Below are positions 38,870 to 52,229 of a stretch of 64,000 nucleotides of DNA, in pieces. How positions within the stretch are numbered: the stretch's first letter is position 1; every line of letters starts with the position of its first letter. Source of the stretch: Eledone cirrhosa (taxonomy: Eukaryota); the NCBI GenBank assembly GCA_964016885.1, contig OZ024742.1, positions 94,240,001-94,304,000 on the forward strand, in the 5' to 3' direction. The translations under genes were made by a program, and so were the position numbers. Below the pieces are notes generated by a model. That model saw only the letters and a program-made list of their open reading frames with translations. It did not search any database and was not told where the DNA came from.

Positions 38870-39300
38870 CAACGTTTTATGTCCGTTCTTCCACACTAGC
38901 ATAGGTTAGACGGGTTGTCCTGTTGTGGGCAGTGTCCGGTCGGCTGACCTTGTCTTTCTAATACGGGAACTGATTCTGGCTTGATTTCTACAGCTGGATG
39001 CCCTTCCTAACACCAACCTCATTTACAGTGAGGGCTGGGTGCTTTTTTTTCCGTGGCATCTACATGTCCACTTTACAGTGTGGGCTGGGTGCTTTTTTGC
39101 CGTAGCACCTCTACGACCACTTTGCAGTGGTATGATAGGGACCCCAGTCCTATCATCTCATTTCTACAGCTGAGTAAACTGGAGTAATGTGAAGTAAAGT
39201 GTCTTGCTCAAGGAAACAACACATCACCCGATCCGAGAATTTAACTCACAACCTTTCGATTACAAGCTCAATGCTCTAACCACTAAGCCATGTGCCTTCC
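38870..39300 (-). mobile_element. Composite SINE (family B head plus RTE 3' UTR tail) inside the hAT
   Basis: Head matches 3870-4010; tail matches the LINE 3' UTR at 52254-52510. Confidence 0.85.
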
Positions 39301-39525
39301 TTATTCATATAAAAGAACATTTATGTTCCTCTTTTTGAAATTTATATATTTCCTTTCAAGGAATGTATTTATACTCTCAGCTGCCTGCAATGGTATCTTT
39401 GGAATATTGTTAATCAATTTTTAGTACTCGACTGATATCAAAATCAGTAGTATATTGAAAAATGGAAAAATAGGGTAGGGGTGCGTTTCGTGATTTCGAG
39501 GGACAAAATGGATTGAGAACCTGTG

Positions 39526-39850
39526 ATGTAGATGATACCCCTGTTGTCAAAGAATGGGATCATCTTGAGCTTCCCAGTGGACCTGCTTTGCCTGAACTTC
39601 TTAGGCCTCAGGGAATCAGAATATTTCTACTGGGCACTCTAGCTTTTTGTCTCTGGAACATAACAGTAGACACAGCTCTCACCATAGGTTACCAAAGACT
39701 CAAGGACACTTGGATTCAAAGTGATCCACTCGACCATCTCCCTGCCGTCAACAACTCTTGCCCCTGCTTTTGATCTTCTCCGAGCACCCTGTGAACAAAC
39801 CTTGCACTAATTTTGCCAGAAACATAAGGGTAATAGCCATGAAATATCAT
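39526..39850 (-). mobile_element. Mariner transposon middle part
   Basis: KISARFVHRVL, then GESCVYCYVPETK...PKKFRQSRSTGKLKMIPFFDNRGII, which continues into 36562. Confidence 0.85.
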
Positions 39851-40045
39851 GCCATGATACACTGGTTAAAACATTATTTTACTTTGTTTTGTTTCATTTA
39901 CAATTATTTGCCCTTCATATTGTCTACCATATTGTACTAGCTTTTAAAAAAAAACTCATTGGTTGTTTACTACATATATCACAATGCTTCATATTAACTA
40001 CAGTACTCTCTCTCTCTCTCTCTCTGTATATACATATATATATAT

Positions 40046-40378
40046 ATTCATTTCATTTTACGTCCACTTTTCCCTGCTTGCAAGGGTGGGACGGGAACTG
40101 ATTCTGGCTTGATTTCTACAGCTGGATGCCCTTCCTAACACCAACCTCATTTACAGTGAGTGCTGGGTGCTTTTTTGCCGTGGCACCTCCACGACCACTT
40201 TGCAGTGGAATGATATGGACCCGAGTCTTATCATCTTATTTCTACAGCTGAGTAAACTGGAGCAATGTGAAATAAAGTGTCTTGCTCAAGGAAACAACAC
40301 ATCACCCAGTCTGAGAATTGAACTCACAACCTTTCGATTGCGAGGCCAATGCTCTAACCACTAAGCCATGTGCCTCCA
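40046..40378 (-). mobile_element. Composite SINE, short-tail subfamily
   Basis: Near-identical to 43540-43882. Confidence 0.85.
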
Positions 40379-40380
40379 GG

Positions 40381-40423
40381 GCAAATAGATCAAAATATTT
40401 TAAAGTCACAGTTAGTCCGGGTT

Positions 40424-40463
<40 letters not shown>

Positions 40464-41476
40464 CATCATCATCATCATCATCATATATATATATATACAT
40501 ACTTATATAATTCATAGAAATTTGGGACTTGTCTCTTTCTTCCTCAATTTTTGTTGCTTCACCATTTGGTTTGTTTACCCTCGCGTCCCCCTTATTTACG
40601 TGTCCCAACGACTTTTTTTAGCCGTTGCTCGCACCAACCGGAGGTATATGGTCTTTAAAGCGATGAAATGCCTATGATTGTTGGAAGATCACTGATGAAG
40701 GACAAACTTTTTTCATATGTAACCCATTTGCAACTCCGCAGCGCCCTTATTATCATATTTACACATATTTTTTCCTCTGCTGCAACCCGTCTTTTTCGTT
40801 CTATGTATCTTTACCCTTTCTAGCAGTCTCTTTCTCTGTTAGCCTCTTCCTCACCCTTCACTCACTCATTCTCTGTCACTACCTCTCCTCCTCCTCTTTC
40901 TTCCCGTTTGACCTGTGTGTAATTCTTTTCTCTCGCACGCTCGGCCAAGCTGGTCGGAATTTTTTCTCTCCCTCGTCTACGATTTCACAGAACTTATGTT
41001 TACCGAATTCGCAGACCAGACCCCTTCTTCCTCCCGTTAGACCTGTACGAAATTCCTTCCTTGCTCACATTTCAACCAGGTTTGATGGTCTTTATTCTCT
41101 CGTTCACGATTTCACCGAATTTAAATTCATAGAAATTTGGGACTTGTCTCCTTCTTCCTCACTTTCTGTTGCTTCACCATTTTGTTGGTTTACCCTCGCG
41201 TCCCCTTCATTTACGTGTCCCAACGAATTTTTTTAGCCGTTGCTCGCACCAACCGGAGGTATATGGTCTTTAAAGCGATGAAATACCTATGATGGTTGGA
41301 TGATCACTGATGAAGGACAAACTTTTTTCATATATATAAGTATGTATATATATATATATATATGATGATGATGATGATGATGATATATATATATGTATAT
41401 ATATATATTTATATATATATATAACCCGGACTAACTGGGACTTTAAAATAATTTAGAATAATTTTGATCTATTTGC
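40381..41476. repeat. Inverted repeat (arms 40381-40509 and 41333-41476) enclosing a 615-bp-period direct repeat
   Basis: The arms include unique sequence plus mirrored (TA)/(ATC) tracts; 40509-40718 recurs at 41124-41334. Confidence 0.9.
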
Positions 41477-42690
41477 ACTTTTCATTGTTTGACTTGCGTG
41501 GTGGCTTTTTCCCGGCTGCGCGCTGGGCACTCGTAAAGTTCAGCCTTCCTTGAGTGCTCGAAAAAATAAATTTCTCCTCTTTCGGTAAATGAAATTACTC
41601 GGAGTGGCTTGCTCTGCCCCAGTCCCACCGCGCCGCTTGTTTTGGCCGCCTATTTATACCCGTACCTACAAACTCCAGGTTTGGGCACAACTATTAGCTG
41701 TATCTTGCCTCTATTGACACGTAAATAAACCCCTAATGTGTGATTTAATTGTATTCGTGGTATAGACGATGGCCTGTCGAAATTGTGGGGTTCCCGCTAG
41801 CGATCCCGGGGCCAAAGTTAGTTTCGTTCCTAGAGTACTCGGAAAAATGAATTTCCATTTCTTTCGCTGGACGATACCACTCGAGACTGGCTGACTCATG
41901 GTGGTGGGTGTGCTTTACTCTATATCCCATCCTAATAGCTTTCGAGATAAAAAAAAATTGTTTCATATAAGACACTCTCCGTAAGTTCGTTAAATAAATA
42001 AATCTCGCTACCTCTATTTTTCAATTTACCATTTTGCAATATAATATTTTTAATTTAATTTATTTCATCCTATAACTCGCAACATAAGTTTAGCGCTCCA
42101 ATCTTCGGTTCACACATTAGACCATACAGACACCCACTATAGATTCTTTGGGTAGCATTCTTTTCGCGGCATTTTCTAACATGAATTTATTTTGACCCTT
42201 ACACTACACTTCTTTCTCCCTTTCTTTCTTTCTTCCCCTTCTTCTTTGACGGAGTGGTGGTAGTACATGATAGGCCTGCGCCCCCTTACCAGATGTTCAC
42301 TGGTAGTTTTTCGGTTGCCAATATTTTGAGGGCGGCTGGCTGTGAACTAGTTGGTCAGCCGTCTTCTCTGTCTCTGGTTTCTCGGACCCATGGTTTTTCG
42401 GACACATGGCTTTTTACATATTCCTTTGTTATATTCCAATACCTGATGATATCACCGGATTCATATGGAACCCGGTCATTGAAATGATCATAGTATAATA
42501 AAATTTCAAGGATTTACACCAGTCCAGCCTCCTGTTACTTCATTTATAATTAATTCCGTATTCGCACCACCAACTACACAAACGAAGATGGGTGAACTGC
42601 ACTGCGTTGAGTACTCTTCACAATATTACACCAGGTTTGACCATACCGAATGACTAGTTCTATCCAGTGGTGAACCAACAAACCTTAAGA
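41420..42690 (+). mobile_element. Probable Penelope-like terminal region carrying a hammerhead
   Basis: CpG-rich segment bounded by (TA)n, with an inverted copy of its 5' end upstream and a hammerhead plus AATAAA; no recognisable ORF. Confidence 0.5.
42439..42496 (+). ncRNA. Type I hammerhead ribozyme
   Basis: ATAC CTGATGA tATcACCGG...CCGGTcATt GAAA TGATCA TA GTAT, then AATAAA; palindromic ATGATCAT stem III. Confidence 0.8.
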
Positions 42691-42787
42691 TATATGTATA
42701 TATATATGTATATATATATCTTGCGAGCAGGGAAGAGCGGACGTAAAATGATGATGATGATGATGATATATATATATGTATATATAC

Positions 42788-42907
<120 letters not shown>

Positions 42908-45197
42908 GTTCTGCGACAGGAAGATCAGAGGCGTGCGGTGTTCTACATTGCAAGGCAGTGTGTCAATGCAAATCAGGATGTTGTTGGAGATAAATGTGTT
43001 CGGAACAATACCGGTGTACTTAGTGTCACGAATGATCAGAAAAAGGTGGCCTGGAAATGTCATTATGAGAGACTGATGAATGTGGAGAATGAATGGGAGA
43101 GAGAAATTACCCTCAGTAGATCTGACAGAGAGACCAGCTATTGAGATTGACGAACATAGGGTCCAAGAGCGATTAAGGAAATGAAAAATGGTAAGGCTGC
43201 TGGACCATCGGAAATAGTTGCTGAGATGCTGAAGGCATCAGGGGACGTAGGCACTAAGCTGGTTGCACGCATCATCAATCAGGCTATATATGGTGGTGTC
43301 ATACCCAAAGACTGGTGCAGCAGTATTCTCATAAATTGCTACAAAGGTAAAGGGGATGCTCTGGAGAGAAGCACTTATAGGGGTATAAAACTGATGGATC
43401 AGTTTATGAAAGTGGCAGAAAGGATATTAGCACAACTAATTAGAGAAAGGGTCAAACTAGATGAGATGCAGTTTGGTTTTGTGCCTGGCAAGAGTACAAC
43501 AGATGCCCTCTTCTTGGTGAGACAATTGCAAGAGAGGTTCATCATCATCATCATTTCATTTTACGTCCGCTTTTTCCCTGCTTGCAAGGGTGGGACGGGA
43601 ACTGATTATGGCTTGATTTCTACAGCTGGATGCCCTTCCTAACACCAACCTCATTTACAGTGAGTGCTGGGTGATTTTTTGCCGTGGCACCTCCACGACC
43701 ACTTTGTAGTGGAATGATAGGGACTCCAGTCCCTATCATCTCATTTCTACAGCTGAGTAAACTGGAGCAATGTGAAATAAAGTGTCTTGCTCAATGGAAA
43801 CAACACATCACTGGTCTGAGAATTGAACTGAAAACCTTTCGATTGCAAGGCCAATGCTCTAACCACTAAGCCATGTGCCTCCATAGAGAAAAATAAGCCA
43901 CTATACTTAGCCTTTGTTGACCTAGAGAAGGCCTTTGATAGGGTACCCCAATCTATCATCTGGTGGTCCCTAAGGAAACTAGGTGTTGAGGAATGGCTTG
44001 TGAGGACAGTGAAAACTTTGTACATAGGTACTGTCAGTAAAGTCAGGGTAGGAATGGAGTTTAGTGAGGAATTCCAGATACAAGTAGGAGTACATCAAGG
44101 TTCGGTCCTCAGCCCGCTCTTGTTCATTATAGTCCTCCAAGCCATAACAGGAGTTTAAGACTGGCTGTCCATGGGAACTTCTCTATGCTGACGATCTGGT
44201 TCTTATAGCAGAATCAGTAGAGGAGCTAGAGAATAAATTCTGGCTATGGAAACAACAGTTGGAATCAAGAGGACTGAGAGTGAACATAGCTAAGACAAAA
44301 GTGTTGATAAGTAGAAGAGAGGAAATGGGAAATGGTCATGATAAGTAGAAGAGAGGAAAAGGGAAATGGTCATGTTTCATATGTAGGAAAGGAACTGGCA
44401 TAAATTCCATAAAATATACGCAATGCAGATCTTGGGTACACAAGAGATGTAGTGGGATAGCAGGCAAACTAACAGGTAGGGAAAACTACACATGCAGTAG
44501 ACGTACAGGGAAAGTTGGCAGTAGTATTCGCAGTGATAGACTCATTTTTCCAATCCAGGTGGGTTCTATAGAAGTTGTTGATAGCTTCCGGTATCTAGGT
44601 GATCAGATTAGCATGGGAGGGGGGTGTTCCAAGGCCATAGTATCTAGAATAAGGCCGGGTTGGAAGAAGTTTAGGGAGCTGCTTCCTCTGTTGACGAAGA
44701 AGGGTTTCTCCCTGCGTACGAAAGGACGATTATATGATGCCTGTGTGAGATGCGCGATGCTGCATGGTAGTGAGACATGGGCAGCAACTGCAGAAGATAT
44801 GCGACGGCTGGAGAGAAATGAAGCAAGTATGCTCCGTTGGATTTCCAATGTCAATGTGCATGAACGACCCAGCATAAAAGAGTTGAGAAAGAAACTGGGT
44901 ATAGGAAGAATAAGTTGTGGTGTGCAGGAGAGAAGGCTGAGATGGTATGGACATGTGATGCGCATGGAGGATGACCGATGGGTGAAGAAGTGCCAGGAAA
45001 TCCCAGTGGAGGGAAGACGCAGTAGAGGTAGACCATGAAAAACATGGGCGGAGGTGGTGAGAGCAGACCTCAGATCGCTGAAACTCACCAAGGAGATGAG
45101 GAAGGACTGTGACAAGGGGAGAGATGCTGTGCTGAATAGGACCCATCCAACCCATGCAAGCAGGGAAAAGCGGACGTAAAATGATGATGATGATGAT
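42908..45197 (+). mobile_element. 5'-truncated RTE LINE (second subfamily)
   Basis: [34 protein letters not shown] and a short UTR with (GAT)n tail; interrupted by a SINE. Confidence 0.93.
43540..43882 (-). mobile_element. Composite SINE inserted antisense in the RTE RT region
   Basis: Splits QERF|IEKNKPLY; has a tRNA-like head and (GAT)n tail. Confidence 0.9.
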
Positions 45198-45367
45198 ATG
45201 TATATATATATATATATTTATTAAAATAACAGATTAAAGTTTAAGCAATGAATCACTGCTTCCACATTTATTATTATTATTATTATAAATAAAATACCAG
45301 TAATGCACTGAGGTAATTGCTGTCCTTGTGCCAAAAGTAGAAACAATTATTATTATTATTATTATTA

Positions 45368-45402
<35 letters not shown>

Positions 45403-45726
45403 TACATTTCACATAATATAAAATTAAATTTGAAATAGACTCAACGAAAATAATAAAAGAAAAAGATATGTAAGAAAATCTGTGAAAATATTTGAAATTT
45501 CAAGCAGTTTTCTTTAGAAATGAAAATAAGTCATCAATCAATTTTTTTTTATACTTGAAACGATCTACAAATTTAAGCGAATGACATCAAATCTAATGGA
45601 CACTGCGTTTGCTGTGTCTATGATAAATTAAGCCTCATTATAGTCTCTTGCTCTTACTCTTTGTCTCTCTGTCTCTCAGTGTCTCATTCCATCTCTGCCT
45701 ATATCATAAACTTTTCCTTTCACACA

Positions 45727-45783
<57 letters not shown>

Positions 45784-46189
45784 GCTCTGCTTCTCAACAT
45801 TCTCCACATTTCTCAATCTCTTTTTTCATAAAGTCTCTTTCAGTCCTTGTGCCTCTCTCACTCAGTCGACCTCTCTCTATTGTCACCACCACTACATCGC
45901 GCTCTGTCTATCTATCTGTCTATCTGTCTATCTGTTTGTCTGTCTATTTCTCTCTCTATCAATTTATGTATCTTCTATTATCACCATCACTACCACCTCT
46001 TTCTCCTCATCCACCCCTCTCTTTTCCTCACAGCATAAATGGCATCCTGGGAATTGTTTCAAAGATTAAATTTAAAATCATAGATTAGGTTTCGCACTAA
46101 TTGTAGGTATCTGATGAAGGTGTTTAAAAGATTGTGAAAGTTCAAGAGACACGGGATTAGATCTATCATAACTACTGAGGTATCCCTCT

Positions 46190-46200
46190 CCTCCACCACC

Positions 46201-46247
<47 letters not shown>

Positions 46248-46335
46248 CACTGCTGCTGCTGCTGTTGCTACTACTAATACTGCTGCTGCTGCTACTGCTA
46301 CTACTACAGCTGCTTCTGCTGCTGTTGCTGTTACA

Positions 46336-46398
<63 letters not shown>

Positions 46399-46460
46399 GT
46401 TGCTACTAATGATGATGATGATACTGATGATGATGATAATTGTAATAACACTACTACAAC
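46190..46460. repeat. (CTA/CTG/CCA/GAT)n trinucleotide tract
   Basis: Directly visible. Confidence 0.9.
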
Positions 46461-46851
46461 TGATATAAAAACATACACTAAATCCCATTTTAAATGTAAA
46501 TTATTGCAAATATGTAAAGATTTATGGAGATAATGATGTGTATATATGTGTATAAAAATCTATGCATAAATCATGATAGCGTGTATCTGTGTGTGTCCAT
46601 GTGTTACTAGACATGCTAATGTGTGTGTGTGTGTGTGTGTGTGTGCATATATATGTACCTCTTTGCACATATATCATAAAGGTATTTGAACTTATATACA
46701 ATGATAGTGTAATACATACAGTTATCTATACACATGGACATGGATACACATAGAAATGCATTTAAATTTGAATAAACTCATTGTTGTGCATCTAATTATG
46801 TGTGTTAATATATATATGTATATACATATATATGTATACATATATATGTAT

Positions 46852-46920
<69 letters not shown>

Positions 46921-46937
46921 TACATATATATATATAC

Positions 46938-46970
<33 letters not shown>

Positions 46971-46988
46971 ATATATATATATATATAC

Positions 46989-47024
<36 letters not shown>

Positions 47025-48386
47025 GCATACGCACACACAAACACACATATATACATATGAACAGAGCTCTCATATATATGCATAAAAGTATATGTATGCC
47101 TTTAAATGCATTCAGTCTAGTTTGTGCACATATTTATATGTAAATACATGAATAAATATACATGACATTTTATGCACATGTACTTCAATATACATATATA
47201 TGTGTGTATAAATCCATACATGTGTATATTAACAATACATATGGGTAATATATGTGAATCAGTGTATATGTATATATATATATGTATATGTCTGTGTGTG
47301 TGTGGGTGTATGCATCTGCGTGTGTATACATATGTTTGAATGTGTGTATGCTTATATGATATGCAACTATATATGAATATTGCATACAGAGACACATAGA
47401 GCAAATATGTGACATGAAGTCATGTTTTGCATAAATATACTTCTGCATGCCCCATTCTTTTATTTAATGGTGTGTGTATTTTCTAGTGCATATAAAATGA
47501 TATGCATACATAGGTTAGGTGCAGGCTGACATGTCAATTATAGAGTGCCTATATTAACACTAAACCCACACACCTTTCCTAGTGATCCCCATGCAATTAA
47601 TAGGGCAGCAGAGGGCAAGACATTTCAGTGGCACAGCTGAGATTTGCATCATATCATGTGAGATATGAAGCCAGGCAACAGACAATTTGTCTCACTAGAT
47701 GCTGCTGCTGTTGTTATTGCTTTTGTTGCCACCCTAAATGACAATTGTAATGTGGTTTTGCCTCAGGTTCCTCCTTTATTAATAAATCATGAAGGATCTT
47801 AACCAGATATATAGAATTTATCAAAAACACCCTAGCCCATACCCCCAAACAACTTTTCCCCACCACCATTACCATGATCATCCTCATCATCGTCCTCATC
47901 AGCATCATTTTTATCGGAAGCATTCTCCTCCTTCACCTCGCAATCATCATGATCACTATCAACATCATCATCATTAACACTACTAACGTTATTCTCATAA
48001 AAAACGATAACATCAAAACGACGATGGGCAAAGTATTAAAAGACTTTTATGGAATTCATTTGTTATATCACTCATGTAGCAATAATTTATTCAGGAATAT
48101 TCTCACTACCAGAGTACAGAAGACCAGTCAACAAAAACTGTAGTCAAGTCAGTCTAGGCTGATAATTTTTACAATAGGATTGGTCTAATATATGGACATT
48201 TGCAATTAAGGTATAGATATAACAAACAACATGTGTAAACTAATAAGGAAATTGCCTTACATAAAAATGCAAGCTTTCAAATGAAAATCTAGCAGCCGGA
48301 AACACATTACCATAACATATACATGGATACAAATGTGTGTGAGTGTGTGCGTATGTGTGTTTGTGTGTGTGAGTGTGTGTGTGCGT

Positions 48387-48451
<65 letters not shown>

Positions 48452-48865
48452 ACACAATGAAAATGGATTGTTGCTAAATGAAGTAACAATTTAGATTTTC
48501 CTTTACATCTAAGAGTTTATGGAATACTGATTGTACTAACTAGATAATGGAAAGTTAATGGAAAAACACTCAGTTACTGTTAGTTTTAATGATAACTTAT
48601 ATTGTGGGATTCAGTTCAGCATATCGTTATATTAGTGGGTGGAGATTTGAAATTATTGAAATGTGATTTACATTGAAGGAATAACAATTACACTTCCAAT
48701 GGAAGAAAGTAATTAAATACCAATTGGAAACTGAATATAAATGGTTACTAAGATTCTTTGTACATTATCTTTAGTTAGGAGTATTTGACTTTACGATAGT
48801 TTTCATAGCTACAGCAGTTTTAGCAAGACAATTCCAATAGCTATTTTGATCTGGTACAATAATGT

Positions 48866-49149
48866 GGAGGCACGTGACCTAGTGGTAAGGGTGTTGGACT
48901 TACGATCATAATGTTGTGTGTTCGATTCCTGGGTTGGGTTGCTTGTTATGTTCTTGAGCAAAACACTTCAGTTCACGTTGCTCCTCCAGTATACTCAGCT
49001 GAAATTGAGTACCAGCATATCTGGGATTTTGACCCTGCAATGGACTGGTGTCCTGTCCAGGAGTGAGTCTTTTACTCTCTGTCGCTTTAGGCCATAACTC
49101 TGGGATAAGCACCGGCCTCACAAGCCTTCTGGCTTAAGACAGACTTTAG
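48866..49149 (+). mobile_element. Full-length tRNA-derived SINE with 10-bp TSD
   Basis: A-box TGACCTAGTGG, B-box GTTCGATTCC, a CCTGCAATGGACTGGTGTCCTGTCCAGG block and ACAATAATGT duplicated at 48856-48865 and 49150-49159. Confidence 0.85.
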
Positions 49150-49689
49150 ACAATAATGTTGAAAATCTAGCAAAATGTAAATGGTGTAAAATATCTCAAC
49201 ATTTACATTGACTGTACTGTTGTCTTATTAATTATGTGTTGTGTGCTAATCTATCTGCTGGTCATGAGTTCAATTCATGTGTTAGTGTATTTTTATATGC
49301 TCTATTTTTTAAGTGGATTAAACAAGTAACATCATAGAGAAGTAATACAAAGATGACATGGACAATGAAATGAGAACAATCTACCCATATAACATTTGAT
49401 TGGAAATTTCAAGAGAATTAATTACCAAAGACAGCATGCACCTAAAAAGGATATAATGGCTAAATGTTGTGATAATAATAGTAAAGTATAGGACACTCAT
49501 CTGAATGAATCATTTTATAATAATAATTCTTCATCACAACAATTTAATCATGATAATGTACATATAAAGAGGAGTTAAACATAGTAGTGTGGCTATTATA
49601 GATTTTGAAAACTAAAAAGACATCGAATGGTTTCGATTTAGCTCCATTTATCTGAACACAAATACTCGAGTATTCATATAAAAGACATC

Positions 49690-50780
49690 AGAGCAGCAAG
49701 AAGCTGACTATACATCCTGTACCCTGCAGAACCTTCCACAGAAGGTACAGAAGAATGTGGTTATATGCCTTTTCAAGGTTGACAAACCAAGAATATACCT
49801 CTTGGCAAACTCCCACGATTTCTCGAAGATCTGCAGCACTGTGAATATTTGGTCGGTTGTGCTGTATCTGGGGCAAAAACGACACTGTTCATCAGCTAGC
49901 CTGGACTCAACAATCTCCCTGCATATCTTTGCCAGATACTTAGCACAGATTTTACTGAGGAGGCTTAACAAGGAAATCCCTTTGCAATTGGATATAATCT
50001 TTCTTGTCTCGCTTTTTGAAATTGGTTTAATCAGTCGTGATTGCCATTGCTTCGGTGCCTTTTCAGAAATCCAGACTTTTAACATTTTGGGCTGGATTTT
50101 ATCTTCCCTAGAGGCGTTGCCACATTTGAGCTCTTTAACTGCTCTTCTGATCTAAGCTTCTCAGAGATTAGTCACTGCTCACTGCTGCACATTGTGTACA
50201 TCAGAAGATGCTGTTGTGATCAGGTTTTAGAGATCAGCAAAGTATTCTCCCATCTCATGATGATCCACCTCCCTGAAGAGAGGAGAACCCCAGACACGTT
50301 CTTGATAGCAGGGGTAGAGGAGGACTTTTTATTACAAAGTCGGCAGATGGTCTGCCAGAAAACTTTATTTGCTGATCTGAAGTTGGATTCCAGCTTAAAC
50401 ACAAAGTACTCCCACATCATAACTTTGGGCAACATTACTGTCTCTGCTGCAATTCTTTGTACCTGCTTGTACCTCAAGTGCAAGAAGGAGGACTTATTTC
50501 CAAGCCAAGCTTTGTAGACCTCCTTCTTTGCTCGGATGGCATCTTTGATCCCTTGATTGAACCAAAGGGTCCTCCTATCATTGGGTGCCACACCAGGCCA
50601 CTTTCACCCACAGTATTTAACAGCTGAAGCAGAAACTGCTAAGCTGTACAATCTCAACTCTTTCTCAACGTTCTCAATTTACTCAAGGAGTTCTCTGAAT
50701 TTGGATAAAATAGTATCTGCTTAACTGGTCCTGACTACCTTATCCACCAATGCTTCCCACTTTATCCTGTAGGTCACCCT
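49690..50780 (-). pseudogene. RTE (Rex3/Expander-like) RT N-terminal remnant
   Basis: TLWFNQGIKDAIRAKK, NCKGISLLS, DEQCRF, STTDQIF and FVNLEKAY. Confidence 0.85.
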
Positions 50781-52229
50781 ACATGAACAGGATTGGCATG
50801 CACAGCCAGCCTGGAAGTGGTATCATTACTGGCAGTTTTAAAATTTACTTCAATGTGTATTGAAATACTACAACCAAAGGATTTTAAAATAAGATTAATT
50901 GATTTGTGCCCTCCCTGTGAAACACAGTAACATTTGTGTATTATTTTGAGACTTATTCTAAAACATACTGAGTTTCATAAGAGATGGCTTAGACCTAATA
51001 AACCTTCTTCTGGAAGAATATCAATAGACAATTTTATTTTCTCATTTAATATAAGTGAAATTCTAAACTATGATTCCACATAAATAAGCATTGGAAGCAA
51101 TAAATTTCTAGTTTGAATAATTTCTCCACAATCTACTTGGATGAATAGAGAAATTATTCATCATTGGAAAAACAGAGTTCATTCTACAAAATATTTATTT
51201 TGACTTTAATGGCAACCTGTTTTTAAATATTTTCTGCTAAATCTTTTTAGAATGTTTAGAGTTAACTTACTGCAAGCACATTCTATGAATTTAAAACAGT
51301 ATAAATATTCACTGTAAAGAATCACTTCAATTCTGCATCAAGAAATTTAATTTATGTTATTAAATGCTATTTCAATACTGGATGAATGGTTATCCAGGAT
51401 TCAAAGAAACGCTATTTTAATTTTGGATATAGTATTATCTAATGTGCCTTGGAAAATATACTAAAGTGATTTGAGTCCCTGATTCAGTTGTTCATATGTA
51501 TATCATCATCATCACAATTAAACGTCCATTTTTCTATGCTAGCATGTGTTAAACAAATAGCCTCATTGTGAGACAAGATGACATTGACTTGCACATATAG
51601 AACTGATTTTGAATTGGTTTCTATGGCCCTTCCTAAATCCAACCACATTTCCAGTGTGTACTAGGTGCTTTTTATCATACAGTGTGGACCGGCTGCTTTT
51701 TTGTCCTGACACCTTCACGACCACTTTAAAAATGTATATATATATAAATATTGGTTTACGAAGCTAGTCAAAAAGAATTGGTATAGGTCCAGCTATCAAT
51801 TATTCACTCAATGGTTTTAAAAGGTTTGTACATTAGAGAAATAAGCCTATAAGCCAAAGTGCTCACATTCATTAATCAGTACGAAAAACGACTATGTGTG
51901 GGTAAAGATATTTTTATATCAAATAAACCAGACTGTCCTGCAGTTTCTATGCTTCAGTCAGTCAACAATAGTTCCAAATACAACCACTATTCACAGTTAC
52001 TAGGCAATATCTGCAGACATTACATAAAATGGCACTGGAACGCACTTCTTCAGCAGGTGATCATCTCACACGAATGGAAATACTCAATGCATGAGGAGAT
52101 GCAGATATGTAAAATTACAACTATGGTGCCAAGTGGTTTTGGCTTATGACACAAGGTGAAACCGCTTTCTGCCATGGTTGGGATTTTACATCTCTGTCTC
52201 TCTCTTTATATATACATATATATATATGT

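Larger units (their letters stand above)
36563..39525 (+). mobile_element. hAT (Buster/Charlie-type) transposon with TIRs and 8-bp TSD
   Basis: Termini CAAAGGTTCTCAA and TTGAGAACCTGTG; identical ATGTAGAT TSD at 36555-36562 and 39526-39533, with central TA. Confidence 0.92.
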
